From Verrucomicrobiales bacterium (lineage in GTDB: Bacteria > Verrucomicrobiota > Verrucomicrobiia > Verrucomicrobiales > V1-33), in NCBI GenBank assembly GCA_031411295.1, contig JANOAV010000123.1, positions 16,086-80,085 on the forward strand: 64,000 bases of DNA, in the 5' to 3' direction. Below the pieces are notes generated by a model. It was not told where the DNA came from, made no database searches, and was given only the letters and a program-made list of their open reading frames with translations. The number at the start of each line of letters is the position of its first letter. Position 1 is the stretch's first letter. The translations under genes and the position numbers were made by a program. Positions 48,184 through 58,524 of this stretch are shown here, piece after piece.

Positions 48184-49173
48184 ATGAATCAGCCTAAGCT
48201 CATCAAATACCTTGTCTTGGGACTTCCGCTGGGACTGTTCTTTCTGGGCGGAGCCTCCATGATTTGGCATTTTAAGCACCCGGATGCGTCGGTCAAGAAA
48301 CCAAAGAATGAGGCCACGAGTAAGCCCGTGGCGCAGACCGATTTGGAGTTCAATGTCAAACGTCTGGCCACCGAACTGGCGAGTCGCCCCAGCAATGATC
48401 CTCTGAAAACCCGGCAGACCGCAGCGTTTATCGAAGGAACCCTGGGCATCAATAACATCGGTTTTCCCATCGTGACGCGGGTCAATTTCCCTTATGGTGG
48501 TCGGGAGGTTAGCAATCTCTCCGTGGAAGTGAAGGGATACCGTTCCCCAGAGGAGATCATTCTGGTGGTGGCCCACTATGATTCTGCCCCCAGTGCGGCC
48601 GGGGCCAATGCCAATGGCTCGGGCGTGGCGGCAAACTTATCGTTGGCGAATCTGTTCCTGCGCACCCAAAACGAGCGGACGCTGCAATTCCATTTCCTGG
48701 CCAACGGTTTGGGGCCCGCGCCCACGGGTGCCGAAGTGCTCGCCAAGAAGTTGCAGGCGCTGGGAAGCAATGTCCTCGTTACTCTGGTGTTGGATCAGTT
48801 GGGGAAATATAACGCCACCCCCCAGTCCCAACAGCCATGGCCAGGTAGTCCAGTGGCGTTACCCAATACAGGAAACTTCCTCGCCTGGGTCGGGCCGGCG
48901 GCCAATAAATCGCTGGCCGAAAAGTTCGCCCAAAGTTTCACCGGAAATTCCACGTTATCTGGGGTGGCGCTCAGCGTGGCAGACATGGGAAGCCCCACCG
49001 CCCTAGCCTTCGCTCAGGTGGGCCTGCCCGTGGTGCGAGTCACTGATACGGGCGACTTGCGGAAGGCCACCACGTTTGCCGAAGCCGATGCGGTGGGAGA
49101 GTTGGATTTCGCCTCATTCTCCGAAGCCGTGCGGGGCCTTGGGCGGACGCTGCAGGGGTTTGCTAACGAGTGA
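48184..49173 (+). CDS. M28 peptidase-fold membrane-anchored protein with degenerate active site
   Basis: EIILVVAHYDS, GANANGSGVAA, GNFLAWVG, VTDT; metal ligands largely missing. Confidence 0.78.
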   Translation: MNQPKLIKYLVLGLPLGLFFLGGASMIWHFKHPDASVKKPKNEATSKPVAQTDLEFNVKRLATELASRPSNDPLKTRQTAAFIEGTLGINNIGFPIVTRVNFPYGGREVSNLSVEVKGYRSPEEIILVVAHYDSAPSAAGANANGSGVAANLSLANLFLRTQNERTLQFHFLANGLGPAPTGAEVLAKKLQALGSNVLVTLVLDQLGKYNATPQSQQPWPGSPVALPNTGNFLAWVGPAANKSLAEKFAQSFTGNSTLSGVALSVADMGSPTALAFAQVGLPVVRVTDTGDLRKATTFAEADAVGELDFASFSEAVRGLGRTLQGFANE

Positions 49174-49396
49174 ACTGCTGGACCCAGTCACACAACAATC
49201 TTGCTGGCGACAAGTCGCATGCGCATGGGCCGACACTGAACCGGAACTAGCCTTGCAGGCAGCGGAGCGATTACAGGACCCTGATGCGCGGAAACAAATC
49301 GGGCAGCGAGTCTTTAGCATTCTCAGTTGGAATCCTGCCGAATGCGTGCGGTTGCGGGAGGCCTTTCCGACTGCAGGTGGGGGACGCGGAAATTGA
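49174..49396 (+). pseudogene. Possible 3' remnant of a helical-repeat protein
   Basis: Open frame VACAWADTEPELALQAAERLQDPDARKQ with no usable start of its own. Confidence 0.35.
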
Positions 49397-49438
49397 GCAT
49401 CTGGAGGATGGATCACCAGAGTGGCATTTGCAACGAAT

Positions 49439-49503
49439 GTGGAGCCGTCGGCCCGACTGCTTACTGCGCCCAGCTACCGCAGTCCAGCGGACTGCGACCC
49501 CAC
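49439..49503. repeat. Inverted pair of GTGG-type REP hairpins
   Basis: GTGGAGCCGTCGGCCCGACTGC ... GCAGTCCAGCGGACTGCGACCCCAC, just after the mutS stop. Confidence 0.65.
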
Positions 49504-49516
49504 TCAGCGCCTCCAT

Positions 49517-52048
49517 CTAAAACAGCGCGAACTCTGCTTGTAAACTGTCCGGTCCGTCTACTGCTTGGGCGCTGCGTTGCCGGGCTTTTTTGGGTTCTGC
49601 CGGAGTATTCGCGCTGGGAGGTTGTGCTTCGGTGGTGATGTTGCCCGATTCGAGGTGACTCAGGATTTCCTTGGCGCGATCAATGATTTCCTTGGGGAGT
49701 CCCGCCAGTCTGGCCACTTGGATGCCGTAGGATTTGTCGGCGGAACCAGCGACGATCTTGCGCAGGAAAATGATGCGGTCGTTCCACTCGCGCACCGCCA
49801 CGTTGTAGTTCTGCACGGCATCCCGCTTGGTGGCCAGGGCGGTGAGTTCGTGATAGTGGGTGGCAAAGAGGGTGCGGCACTGGATGGTGTCATGCAGATG
49901 CTCGGCCACGCTCCAAGCGATGCTGAGTCCATCAAAGGTGGCCGTGCCGCGGCCGATTTCGTCCAAAATGACGAGGCTGCGGCTGCTGGCATTGTTGAGG
50001 ATGGCGGCGGTCTCGTTCATTTCCACCATGAAGGTGGATTGCCCTTTGGAAAGGTCATCGCTGGCCCCCACGCGGGTGAAGATGCGATCCACCAAGCCGA
50101 TTTCCGCCTGGCTGGCGGGAATGCAACTGCCCATCTGCGCCATCAAGACTAACAGGGCCGTCTGCCGGATGTAGGTGCTCTTACCCGCCATGTTAGGTCC
50201 GGTGATAATCAGGAGGCGATTCTTCTGCGGCTCTAGGAGGGTGTCGTTGGGGACGAATTTCTCGTCGGTCAAATTTTGGTCCACCACCGGATGCCGACCA
50301 TCCTTGATGTGAAGGTTTAAACTGTTGTTCAACAGCGGGCGGCAGTAGTTGTAGAGCCGGGCCGTCTCCGCCAGTCCGCAAATCACATCTACTTCCGCCA
50401 GTGCATCCGCCGTATCCTGGATGTCATCCATGTGCGTTAGAATGTGGCTGCGCAATTGGCAGAAGGCCTCGTATTCCAAGCGCTTCATGCGTTCGTCCGC
50501 TCCCAGGATTTTGTCCTCCATGGACTTGAGTTCCGGCGTGTAATAGCGTTCGCCTGTGGAGGTGGTTTGCTTGCGGACGTAATCGTCGGGCACCTGGCCC
50601 ACATTGGATTTCGTGATCTCGATGAAGTAGCCGAAGACGGCATTGAATTTCACCTTCAGTGACTTGATGCCAGTGCGATTAATTTCCCGCTCCTGCAAGT
50701 CAGCCAGCCATTGTTTGCCGTTGGTGGATGCTTGGCGGAGTTCGGTGAGCTCCGGGGAGAACGTATCCCGGAAAATACCACCGTCTTTCAAGCTGGCCGG
50801 TGGTTCATCCACAATCGCGTTGCGCAGATAGTCCACCAGTTCCGGGAAATGTCGCAAGCGGGGCAGCAAGAGTTGGAGCAGGCTGGCGGATTCGCTGTCC
50901 GTCTCCGGTTGCTTGCTGAGCAACGCTTGGAAATGCGCTTGGAGGTCGGGGACTTGTTGCAGGGAAGTGCAGAGAACTTGGACATCCCGTGCGTTGCCGC
51001 TCAGTTGGCCGAGTCGGCCAGTAGTGCGTTCCAGATCGCGAATGCCTTTGAGGGCTTCCTGGAGTTTGGTCAAAATGAAGGGTTCCGCCAGCAGGGAGGC
51101 GATGAAATCTTGGCGCGCCACCAGCGTTTCCAAATCCCGCAGCGGATGCAAAATCCAATCGCGCAACTTCCGCGCGCCCATGGGCGTGTGGGTGCGATCC
51201 AGCGCATGCAACAGCGTGTATTCGTTGCCGCCCCGATGGTTTACGAGATCGAGATTGCCCCGACTGGCGCCATCGATGAGCACATAATTTTCCGGCTCAT
51301 ACGTTTGCAGTTTCCGCAGGTGATCCACCTTCCGATGCAGGGTCGTTTTGACGTAATGTAAAATGCCCCCAGCGGCGCCCACGGCCGCCCGCAGGCCATG
51401 ACAACCGAACCCATCCAAGCTCTGGACGGCAAAATGGTCGCGCAGCACTTGGTAGGCTTGATCGTAGAGAAAGGTATAACCGTCGGCGGCGGAAGCGGAC
51501 TTAATAGCTCCGAAGTCGATCGTCTGTTCGCTGCTATAGAGCACTTCCACGGGATTAATCCTCGTCACTTCATCCTGCACGGCAGCCAAGTTGGGAAATT
51601 CCGCTAAACGAAATTCCCCCGTGGTGTGATCCAGAAACGAGAGCCCAAATTTCTTCCCGTCCTTGTAAACGCCCGCCAGATAATTGTTCTGGCGATTGTC
51701 CAGCATGTTCATATCCAGCACGGTGCCGGCGGAAATGATCTGCGAGAGTTCGCGTTCCACGAGTTTGCCCGGAACGGCATCGCCGACTTGCTCGCCAATG
51801 GCCACCCGTTTCCCCGCCTGCACGAGGCGACGGATGTAGCCTTCACTGGCATGATACGGCACGCCGCACATGGGCGTGCCATTGCGCTTGGTCAGGGCTA
51901 GATTCAAGATCCCGGCGGCCGTGACCGCGTCTTCAAAGAACATTTCATAGAAGTCGCCTAACCGGAACAAAAGGATGCAGTCCTCCGGCAATCCCCGGCG
52001 GAGGCCGTGGTATTGCTTCATCATCGGGGTTAACTCGCCTTCTGCCAT
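49517..52048 (-). CDS. mutS: DNA mismatch repair protein MutS
   Basis: TPMMKQY, FRLGDFYEMF, TGPNMAGKST, STFMVEM, DEIGRGT, SYGIQVA. Confidence 0.98.
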   Translation of the reverse strand: MAEGELTPMMKQYHGLRRGLPEDCILLFRLGDFYEMFFEDAVTAAGILNLALTKRNGTPMCGVPYHASEGYIRRLVQAGKRVAIGEQVGDAVPGKLVERELSQIISAGTVLDMNMLDNRQNNYLAGVYKDGKKFGLSFLDHTTGEFRLAEFPNLAAVQDEVTRINPVEVLYSSEQTIDFGAIKSASAADGYTFLYDQAYQVLRDHFAVQSLDGFGCHGLRAAVGAAGGILHYVKTTLHRKVDHLRKLQTYEPENYVLIDGASRGNLDLVNHRGGNEYTLLHALDRTHTPMGARKLRDWILHPLRDLETLVARQDFIASLLAEPFILTKLQEALKGIRDLERTTGRLGQLSGNARDVQVLCTSLQQVPDLQAHFQALLSKQPETDSESASLLQLLLPRLRHFPELVDYLRNAIVDEPPASLKDGGIFRDTFSPELTELRQASTNGKQWLADLQEREINRTGIKSLKVKFNAVFGYFIEITKSNVGQVPDDYVRKQTTSTGERYYTPELKSMEDKILGADERMKRLEYEAFCQLRSHILTHMDDIQDTADALAEVDVICGLAETARLYNYCRPLLNNSLNLHIKDGRHPVVDQNLTDEKFVPNDTLLEPQKNRLLIITGPNMAGKSTYIRQTALLVLMAQMGSCIPASQAEIGLVDRIFTRVGASDDLSKGQSTFMVEMNETAAILNNASSRSLVILDEIGRGTATFDGLSIAWSVAEHLHDTIQCRTLFATHYHELTALATKRDAVQNYNVAVREWNDRIIFLRKIVAGSADKSYGIQVARLAGLPKEIIDRAKEILSHLESGNITTEAQPPSANTPAEPKKARQRSAQAVDGPDSLQAEFALF

Positions 52049-52219
52049 GCGCGGAGTGTGGCGGAAATTTCCCGCGTGTCGAATGCCGAATCGGGAAATT
52101 TAACCTGCGGAGTCGGGAAGAAGTATTTCTGACCACGAATGGCACGAGTGGATACGATCCGCCGACACGTAATACCAATCCAAAACCATCAGTCATCAAT
52201 CCTTCAATTCTTCAATTCT

Positions 52220-55200
52220 TCAATTCTTCGATCCGTTGACCCGATGGAAGCAGCGCATGGTTGATTTGGGATTGGGGGAGCGGGCGGTGATTTGTTCCAG
52301 GCTGTTGGGCAGTTGCTGGGTGCTCATGAGGATGGGGGTGGCTTGCCAGTCCGTGAGATCGCTGGATTCTTCGATGCTCCAGGCCACATCCACCGCCAAG
52401 TGACGTCGGGTGATGGTGATGGCGGGGTAGTCCACGCCCAGCACGTTGACCGTGCTGGCGGTGGAGAGCGCGCTGGTGTCGGCTACACGGGGATTGTGGC
52501 CATAGCAGTATTCCGCGAAATTGTTCATGCCGTCGTTGTCAGGATCATCCTCCACGCCCACGAGCGCGCCGGGCGTCGTGAGTTCCGTTAGCTCCCAGTA
52601 GTTGAAGCGCCAGCCTTCATAGCCGTTGGCGAAGTCGGTGTCGGCTGCACCCGGGCTTCCTCCTTTATTCGCACTCAGGGCCCAGACGGTGGGCAGCGGA
52701 GCGCTGGGGGTGCCGTAGGCAGCGTAATTGGGGGCGGCACTGCGGGTGACTAGCGTGTAGCCATCGCCATCGCTTTGGGGGAACCAGCTGGGTTCATAGT
52801 GGAACTCCAGCACTTCCTCGCCCACAGAGTCCAGCAGTTGCAGGGTATCGCCAGAGTTCGATAAATTCCCCAAATACTGCCCGCCGATGGTGCCCACATT
52901 TCCGTAGCGTGCCGTGAAGGCCGCCTGATTACTAACCAGCAGCACACGGGCTCCCGCCGCCAGACTAGCTCCTAGGGGGAAGGTGAAATCAATTCCCTTC
53001 ACAAAGCGCGATCCCGCCAAACTCAACGCGCTGGCGCCAGTATTGACCAGTTCCAGGAACTCGAAATCCGAGGCGCTCACGCCGGGAATGGCGGTGGCTT
53101 CAGCAGGTGTCGGATCCGCGGGATGATAATTGATTTCCGAAACCCGCAATTGGTTTTGAGCCGCTGTGGGGGCTGCGGCAAACGCCTGACTCTGCAAGAG
53201 CGTCCCATCGGGCCGCCGCAGTTCAATGGTCTCGCCACGCGCAGAAAGGGATCCATTAAACGGTCCGACCACCAAGCGATACTGCCCACCGGTGGGGCCA
53301 CTGGTGCGGGAGCGGAAGGCGGAGGGCGACTTGGCTACATGCAGTAGGCCGATGTTATCCGTGCCGTTGGTGTAGGGCGGAATGACGGTGCCACCGGGAA
53401 ACGTATATTCCACCGCACCTGATAGCGTCCAAGTGGAAAGGTCCACGGAGTTGCCAGTCGTGTTCTTGATCACGAAATATTCATCGTTCTGGTTGGCGGA
53501 AGGAGGATTGAAATCGATTTGCTCAATGGACAGCGTGGGGCTGAGCGGTTGGGCCGCTGGCACGCCCATCCCACTGCTGGTGGGGTTCTGCGTGTAGAGG
53601 AAAGAGCGTCGGCCCGGCAGGAAAGCGAACGTGGTATTGCCCAGACCAGCAGAGGTGTTATTTAACGAGCCCGGGTTCGGCGGAATGGGGTTGCTGTTGA
53701 GAATGCGCGCCACTTGCTTCCGAGCACCGTGATCATGGGTAGCGGCATCCAGCGTGCCCGTAAACAACTGTCCACCAGCATAGCCATCCGTCCAGTAACC
53801 CCACTTCTGCAACTCCCGATCGGCATCGGTTAAGTAGGTGGCACCGGGCGGATCAATTTGATCCAGCAATTCGGTCACTCGCGTTTCCCATGGACCCGTG
53901 GTGGCGGTGCTACTCACAAGAAACTGATCCATTAGCGAGCGCATCCGCCGCACGAACATCGTATTCAATTCAGGCGCAGCGTAGAGCACACTCATGAGCC
54001 AGTTGCCACCGCCGCCAACGGCCAAGCCGCCCTGGCTGTGGGTATCGTCATCGAAGTAATTCTGCGCGCCCGTCCAGGTATGACCGAAGCATAAATCCTG
54101 ATCCCACGGCAGGGTGAACCACTCCCTGGTGCCCAGCGTGTCGCGGTAAATGTAGTAGTTTTTATGCCCCCAGTCGGTGTTCAGGATCATGCTGTGCATG
54201 GCGCAGAAGTTCACCAATGTGGGAATGCTAACGTTGTCATAAATATACTGCCGACGCTGCGCCAGGCTCTTGGTGCTGGGGTTCACGCCATCGATCAGTG
54301 CCTGCAAATCTGCGTTGCTCTCGAACTCCCGCGTCTTCTTTTCCCCGCCCGCCACGGACTCCAGTGAGTTATACATCTTGTAGAGGGCGCCATTTTCATC
54401 CAAGCCACAGCGACTCAGGAACTCTTCATTGCCATCTTCCACCAGGTCATAGATCCCGTAAAATGAAGGAGTCTGCTCGCTGCCAGTGACTTGGCGCACA
54501 TGAATTCGATTCGCGAAATGCGAAGCGGCATGATGACTGGCCGCCCAACTCTCGTAGGCCATGGTGTTCCTGAGCTTGGCTTTGTCCGCATAGTTGGAGA
54601 GCAGGTTCACGCTGCGAATCTCCTTCTCGCCCGCCGCCCAGTTGAAACGATTGTCTTTGTTGAAATTTAAATTATAACTCTTCTTGGGGAAACCCTGCGT
54701 GGATTGGCCATGGATGTTGACTGCCACATAATCGTAAAATTTATCTCGATACATCACACTGCAGCGCGTGCCGCCCGCTGTATTGGCCGCATTGAGATCC
54801 GCCACGAACCAGAGCATGACTGGCAGTTGCGTGGTATTGACCGCTTCCTGCACCACGGTGCCATAATACTGATCCGTGTCCTGACCGGCAATGCCATCCA
54901 GATCAATGAAGAGCGGATCAGTGGTTAGGTTGCTGAGGGTATCGCGCGCCAGAATGCGCCAGCGCACCATTTGTCCTGCGGTCAGTCCGATGGTGGGAAT
55001 CTGCGCAGTATAGTTTCCTCCGCCGGTGGCGGTCATGGCCACCAACGTTTCCCCACCATACATGGTGCGCCATGCCAGTTGCACGCTGACGATGGGATTC
55101 AACGAAGCGACGACCTTCGTGGTGACGGTCAGCGGAGCGCTGCCGGTGCCTCCCACCGGCCGCACCGGATTCTTCGTGGTATTGGAAATGTGCGGTCCGA

Positions 55201-56953
55201 CTGTCGTCTGAGCAGCCGTGTTGGCAGCGCCTGGCGTGGGCGTCGCGAGATAACTGGCCGTGCCGCTAACGGCAGGGAAGCCTTCCAACGTGGGCCGCAG
55301 CAGCACGTTGGCATCGGCAATGTCGCTGTTGAGCATTTGGATAGCGAGGACGTTCGTGCCCGTGTGGATGCCTGCGGCCGCAAGGCTAATGGTGGTGAGC
55401 CGACTCCGCCCTGCATCGTGAGACGTGGTGGCCGCGCTGTTCCAGGCTGGACTGGCGGGTGCGTTGTAGCTGCCTACGAGTGTGCCATTGATCCACGCGG
55501 CATAGCCGTCAGCAAAGCGCACGGTCAGTCGCACGCCGCTCAGCGCAGCGGCATTGGCCACCGTAAATGGAATGCGCCCATAGGCGGAGTTGTTGGTGCC
55601 CGCCATGGCGGAAACGTCCGTGGTGAAGTCCGTGGCTTCCACGCCCGTGGTGCTGAACAACGTAGTGCCCATCACGCTGTCCGCGCTATTGGCAATCTGG
55701 GCGATTTCCGTCGGTGTTAGGAGGCGATTGTAGAATCGATAGTCGTCAATCTGGCCAGTGTAGCGTTTCCAATAAGCATCATGCGAGCGGCCCAGTTCGA
55801 TGGCCTGGGCTGCAGTCCAGCCCCAAGCCGCGCTGTTGTTGGCCGTAGCGGCGGAAACTCCATCCACATAAATCGTCACGGCCTGCCCAGCGCCCGTATT
55901 CATCGTCACGGTCACGTGGTGCCAAGTGTTGTCACTGACATTTAACGAAGTGCCGAACGAGCAATAGTCGTTGTTAGACTGCAAATAAAGTTTCCCATCG
56001 TCCAACTGCACCAGCACGATCCCGGCCGAGCCGTAGTCCGGGCGCCGATCCCACAGCATGGCGCCAGAGTTTCCCGAACCCGTGGGTGGATTCGCCCGCA
56101 TCCAGAAGCAAATAGTGGAGGCGGCCACGTTGTAAGCGGCATTGGCTGGGATCGAAAATTGATCGTTCTCTGTGCCCACGAACTGCATGACGCCAGTGCG
56201 CTTGAGCGGAGCGGCTCCGGCATCAGTATCGGACCCGAGAAATGCCACGCCACTGTTCGTGCCATTCCGCCCGAGTCCGGAGCTGTCGTAGGTTAGGGTG
56301 GCCGTGGTGGCGTTATACCGATGCATCAAATTCAGCTCCCCTACGACCGCAGGCACATCCGCCATGCCCAGCGCAGCCGTGGCGGGACTCCAGCCAGTCT
56401 CTGTAAACACTTCATTCCGCCAAGTGGTGCCCAGCGTTCCGTTGTTGGGAACGAGCCATTTCCCCGACGAAGTCGCAGTGATCAAACTGGCAGGGGTGCC
56501 CGTCTGCGCAGTGCCATACGTGCCATTGGCGGCCTGTGGTGGATACGGATTCCAGGACTGCAAAATGGTGGTGCCACCGTTCGTTTCCGCCCTGGTGAGT
56601 CCAAGGAACTCACCACCCGCACTCAGCTTGAAATTGGTATGCAAATTCGCCAACGGATTCCGCCGATCCTTGTTGGAAGCAAACACCACGAGATATTGTC
56701 CAGGCTGTAGCGACTTGGCCGGAAATGCCCACTTGCGAAGCTGCCCGGCATCATCCGTGAGATACCACCCACTCAGATTCACCACGCCCAGGCTGGTGTT
56801 GTAAATTTCAATCCAGTCCTCATGGCTCCCGTCCTCATCAATGATGTTCTCCACGTTGTTCGCCATGAACTCAGTAATGATTACCTGCGCCCGGATCTGA
56901 GCGGGGAGCAGAAATAAACAGAACATTAGGAGGGGAAGGAGAGTTCGTGGCAT
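52220..56953 (-). CDS. Large secreted lamin-tail/LamG/CotH-kinase multidomain protein
   Basis: Signal peptide; lamin-tail domains (VIITEFMA, RVSEINYHP); LamG (WHHVTVT, IYVDG, GQIDDYRFYNR); CotH (KKSYNL, NTD...KNYYIY, PWDQDLCFG). Confidence 0.9.
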   Translation of the reverse strand: MPRTLLPLLMFCLFLLPAQIRAQVIITEFMANNVENIIDEDGSHEDWIEIYNTSLGVVNLSGWYLTDDAGQLRKWAFPAKSLQPGQYLVVFASNKDRRNPLANLHTNFKLSAGGEFLGLTRAETNGGTTILQSWNPYPPQAANGTYGTAQTGTPASLITATSSGKWLVPNNGTLGTTWRNEVFTETGWSPATAALGMADVPAVVGELNLMHRYNATTATLTYDSSGLGRNGTNSGVAFLGSDTDAGAAPLKRTGVMQFVGTENDQFSIPANAAYNVAASTICFWMRANPPTGSGNSGAMLWDRRPDYGSAGIVLVQLDDGKLYLQSNNDYCSFGTSLNVSDNTWHHVTVTMNTGAGQAVTIYVDGVSAATANNSAAWGWTAAQAIELGRSHDAYWKRYTGQIDDYRFYNRLLTPTEIAQIANSADSVMGTTLFSTTGVEATDFTTDVSAMAGTNNSAYGRIPFTVANAAALSGVRLTVRFADGYAAWINGTLVGSYNAPASPAWNSAATTSHDAGRSRLTTISLAAAGIHTGTNVLAIQMLNSDIADANVLLRPTLEGFPAVSGTASYLATPTPGAANTAAQTTVGPHISNTTKNPVRPVGGTGSAPLTVTTKVVASLNPIVSVQLAWRTMYGGETLVAMTATGGGNYTAQIPTIGLTAGQMVRWRILARDTLSNLTTDPLFIDLDGIAGQDTDQYYGTVVQEAVNTTQLPVMLWFVADLNAANTAGGTRCSVMYRDKFYDYVAVNIHGQSTQGFPKKSYNLNFNKDNRFNWAAGEKEIRSVNLLSNYADKAKLRNTMAYESWAASHHAASHFANRIHVRQVTGSEQTPSFYGIYDLVEDGNEEFLSRCGLDENGALYKMYNSLESVAGGEKKTREFESNADLQALIDGVNPSTKSLAQRRQYIYDNVSIPTLVNFCAMHSMILNTDWGHKNYYIYRDTLGTREWFTLPWDQDLCFGHTWTGAQNYFDDDTHSQGGLAVGGGGNWLMSVLYAAPELNTMFVRRMRSLMDQFLVSSTATTGPWETRVTELLDQIDPPGATYLTDADRELQKWGYWTDGYAGGQLFTGTLDAATHDHGARKQVARILNSNPIPPNPGSLNNTSAGLGNTTFAFLPGRRSFLYTQNPTSSGMGVPAAQPLSPTLSIEQIDFNPPSANQNDEYFVIKNTTGNSVDLSTWTLSGAVEYTFPGGTVIPPYTNGTDNIGLLHVAKSPSAFRSRTSGPTGGQYRLVVGPFNGSLSARGETIELRRPDGTLLQSQAFAAAPTAAQNQLRVSEINYHPADPTPAEATAIPGVSASDFEFLELVNTGASALSLAGSRFVKGIDFTFPLGASLAAGARVLLVSNQAAFTARYGNVGTIGGQYLGNLSNSGDTLQLLDSVGEEVLEFHYEPSWFPQSDGDGYTLVTRSAAPNYAAYGTPSAPLPTVWALSANKGGSPGAADTDFANGYEGWRFNYWELTELTTPGALVGVEDDPDNDGMNNFAEYCYGHNPRVADTSALSTASTVNVLGVDYPAITITRRHLAVDVAWSIEESSDLTDWQATPILMSTQQLPNSLEQITARSPNPKSTMRCFHRVNGSKN

Positions 56954-57039
56954 AGCCTAAGTTATAGCCATTCGGTTGCCTTCGGTAAAGAGAATCCTCT
57001 TAAAAAGCACGGCCCGAAGACGTATCACTGAGAGTCAAA

Positions 57040-57062
57040 GTGGTCCGCTGGACTGCTCCCAC
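57040..57062. repeat. GTGG-type REP hairpin
   Basis: Reverse complement GTGGGAGCAGTCCAGCGGACCAC. Confidence 0.6.
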
Positions 57063-57153
57063 TTTGGTTCGACCCGCCGACGCGGGTGCCACCCGCACAA
57101 GTGGGGTTGTTCCTGCCCCTTTTCTGCCTCAGAATGCAATCCTCTCACGCTGC

Positions 57154-58524
57154 ATGTCGTTTCTCCGCATCATTTCCTCCCCGTGCCTGACCTGCCTTTG
57201 GCTGGCCAGCAGCGGGGTTGCGGTTTCCGCTCCAGAGTTGCCTGTTCCAGCCCTGGCGATGCGATTGTTGAAAACGAATTGCCTCTCCTGTCATAATGAT
57301 GAAAAGACCAAAGGTGGTCTAAAATTAACCACTCGGGAAACGATGTTGCAAGGTGGGGAGGACGGCGTGGTGGTGGTTCCGGGGAAGCCGGACGAGAGCA
57401 GCTTAATTAAATCACTCGCAGCGGAAGCAGATGCGCACATGCCGCCGAAACGCCAATTTTCGTCAGCGAAGATCGAGGTCTTGCGTGCCTGGGTTGCGGC
57501 GGGCGCTCCGTGGGATGCGGCCGCCTTGGCTGGTCAGCCATCTGTGGCGCGCCCAGTCTCGCTGGCGCCCTTGCCAGCTTCGTTTCAGCCGGTGTTGGCG
57601 CTGGCGTTGGCTCCCGATGGAAATCAACTCGCGGTGGGGTATCGCAATGAACTCGTGCTCTTCGATGTGGTGCCGAATGCGCTGGCATTTCGTGCTAGAG
57701 CCAGCGCCCACTTGGATGCCGTGCAATCGGTGGCCTGGACTCCGGATGGCAAACGATTGATCACGGGCTCGTTCCGTCGGGTGGTGGTTTGGGATGCTGT
57801 CGCGCTGACTCCTCAGCGTGAAATCATCGCTGGGCTGACGGACCGCATCATGGCGCTGAAACCTTTACCCAACGGTCAGCAGGTGATCCTGGCGGATGGA
57901 CAAGCAGCGGAGACTGGCATTGTCAGGATTCTGGATTTATCGAACGGTCAACTCATCCGATCCTGGCCCGCCCATGACGACACCATCTTCGCACTGGCGC
58001 TTAGCAGTGATGGACTGCAACTCGCCACGGCTGGGGGAGATAAGTTGGTGAAACTCTGGGAAGTGGCCACTGGCAAGGAATTGGCGAAGCTCGAAGCACA
58101 TGCCACCCAGGTGCTGAGCTTGGCGTTTAATGCGGATCAAACGCAGTTAGTCACGGCGGGAGCGGATCGTCAGTTGAAAGTATGGGATGTCAAAACGCAC
58201 GAGAACACTATCGCGCTGGCAACCAAGACGACTTCATTTAATGCCGTGACGTGGAATGCCACGGGCCCGGCGGTCTTTGCCGTGACGGACGAAGGTGTCT
58301 TGTTGCGTTACAAGGATTTGAAATCGCACACCGGAGCCCAAAGCTCGGAAGCTGCCAACGAACGCGAAATGGGCCGCACCGAGGCGGCTTTCAACTGCGT
58401 GGTCGTGAGCGACAATGGTGAGCGCATCTTTGCCGGCTCCAGCGCAGGTCATCTGCTCAGTTGGGATAAGGATGGCAAGCTGCTGCAAAATCTTGACCTC
58501 ATGTCGATCAAACCAACGCCATGA
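57154..58524 (+). CDS. Planctomycete-type cytochrome c plus WD40-repeat protein
   Basis: NCLSCH, GGLKL, PGKPDES, HMPP, RAWVAAGA; multiple WD repeats; start ATG 57154. Confidence 0.9.
   Translation: MSFLRIISSPCLTCLWLASSGVAVSAPELPVPALAMRLLKTNCLSCHNDEKTKGGLKLTTRETMLQGGEDGVVVVPGKPDESSLIKSLAAEADAHMPPKRQFSSAKIEVLRAWVAAGAPWDAAALAGQPSVARPVSLAPLPASFQPVLALALAPDGNQLAVGYRNELVLFDVVPNALAFRARASAHLDAVQSVAWTPDGKRLITGSFRRVVVWDAVALTPQREIIAGLTDRIMALKPLPNGQQVILADGQAAETGIVRILDLSNGQLIRSWPAHDDTIFALALSSDGLQLATAGGDKLVKLWEVATGKELAKLEAHATQVLSLAFNADQTQLVTAGADRQLKVWDVKTHENTIALATKTTSFNAVTWNATGPAVFAVTDEGVLLRYKDLKSHTGAQSSEAANEREMGRTEAAFNCVVVSDNGERIFAGSSAGHLLSWDKDGKLLQNLDLMSIKPTP

Noticed and set aside
57040..57153. ORF-track start of the cytochrome c/WD40 gene at 57040
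   Set aside because: This GTG lies within a REP hairpin; ATG 57154 gives a plausible signal peptide
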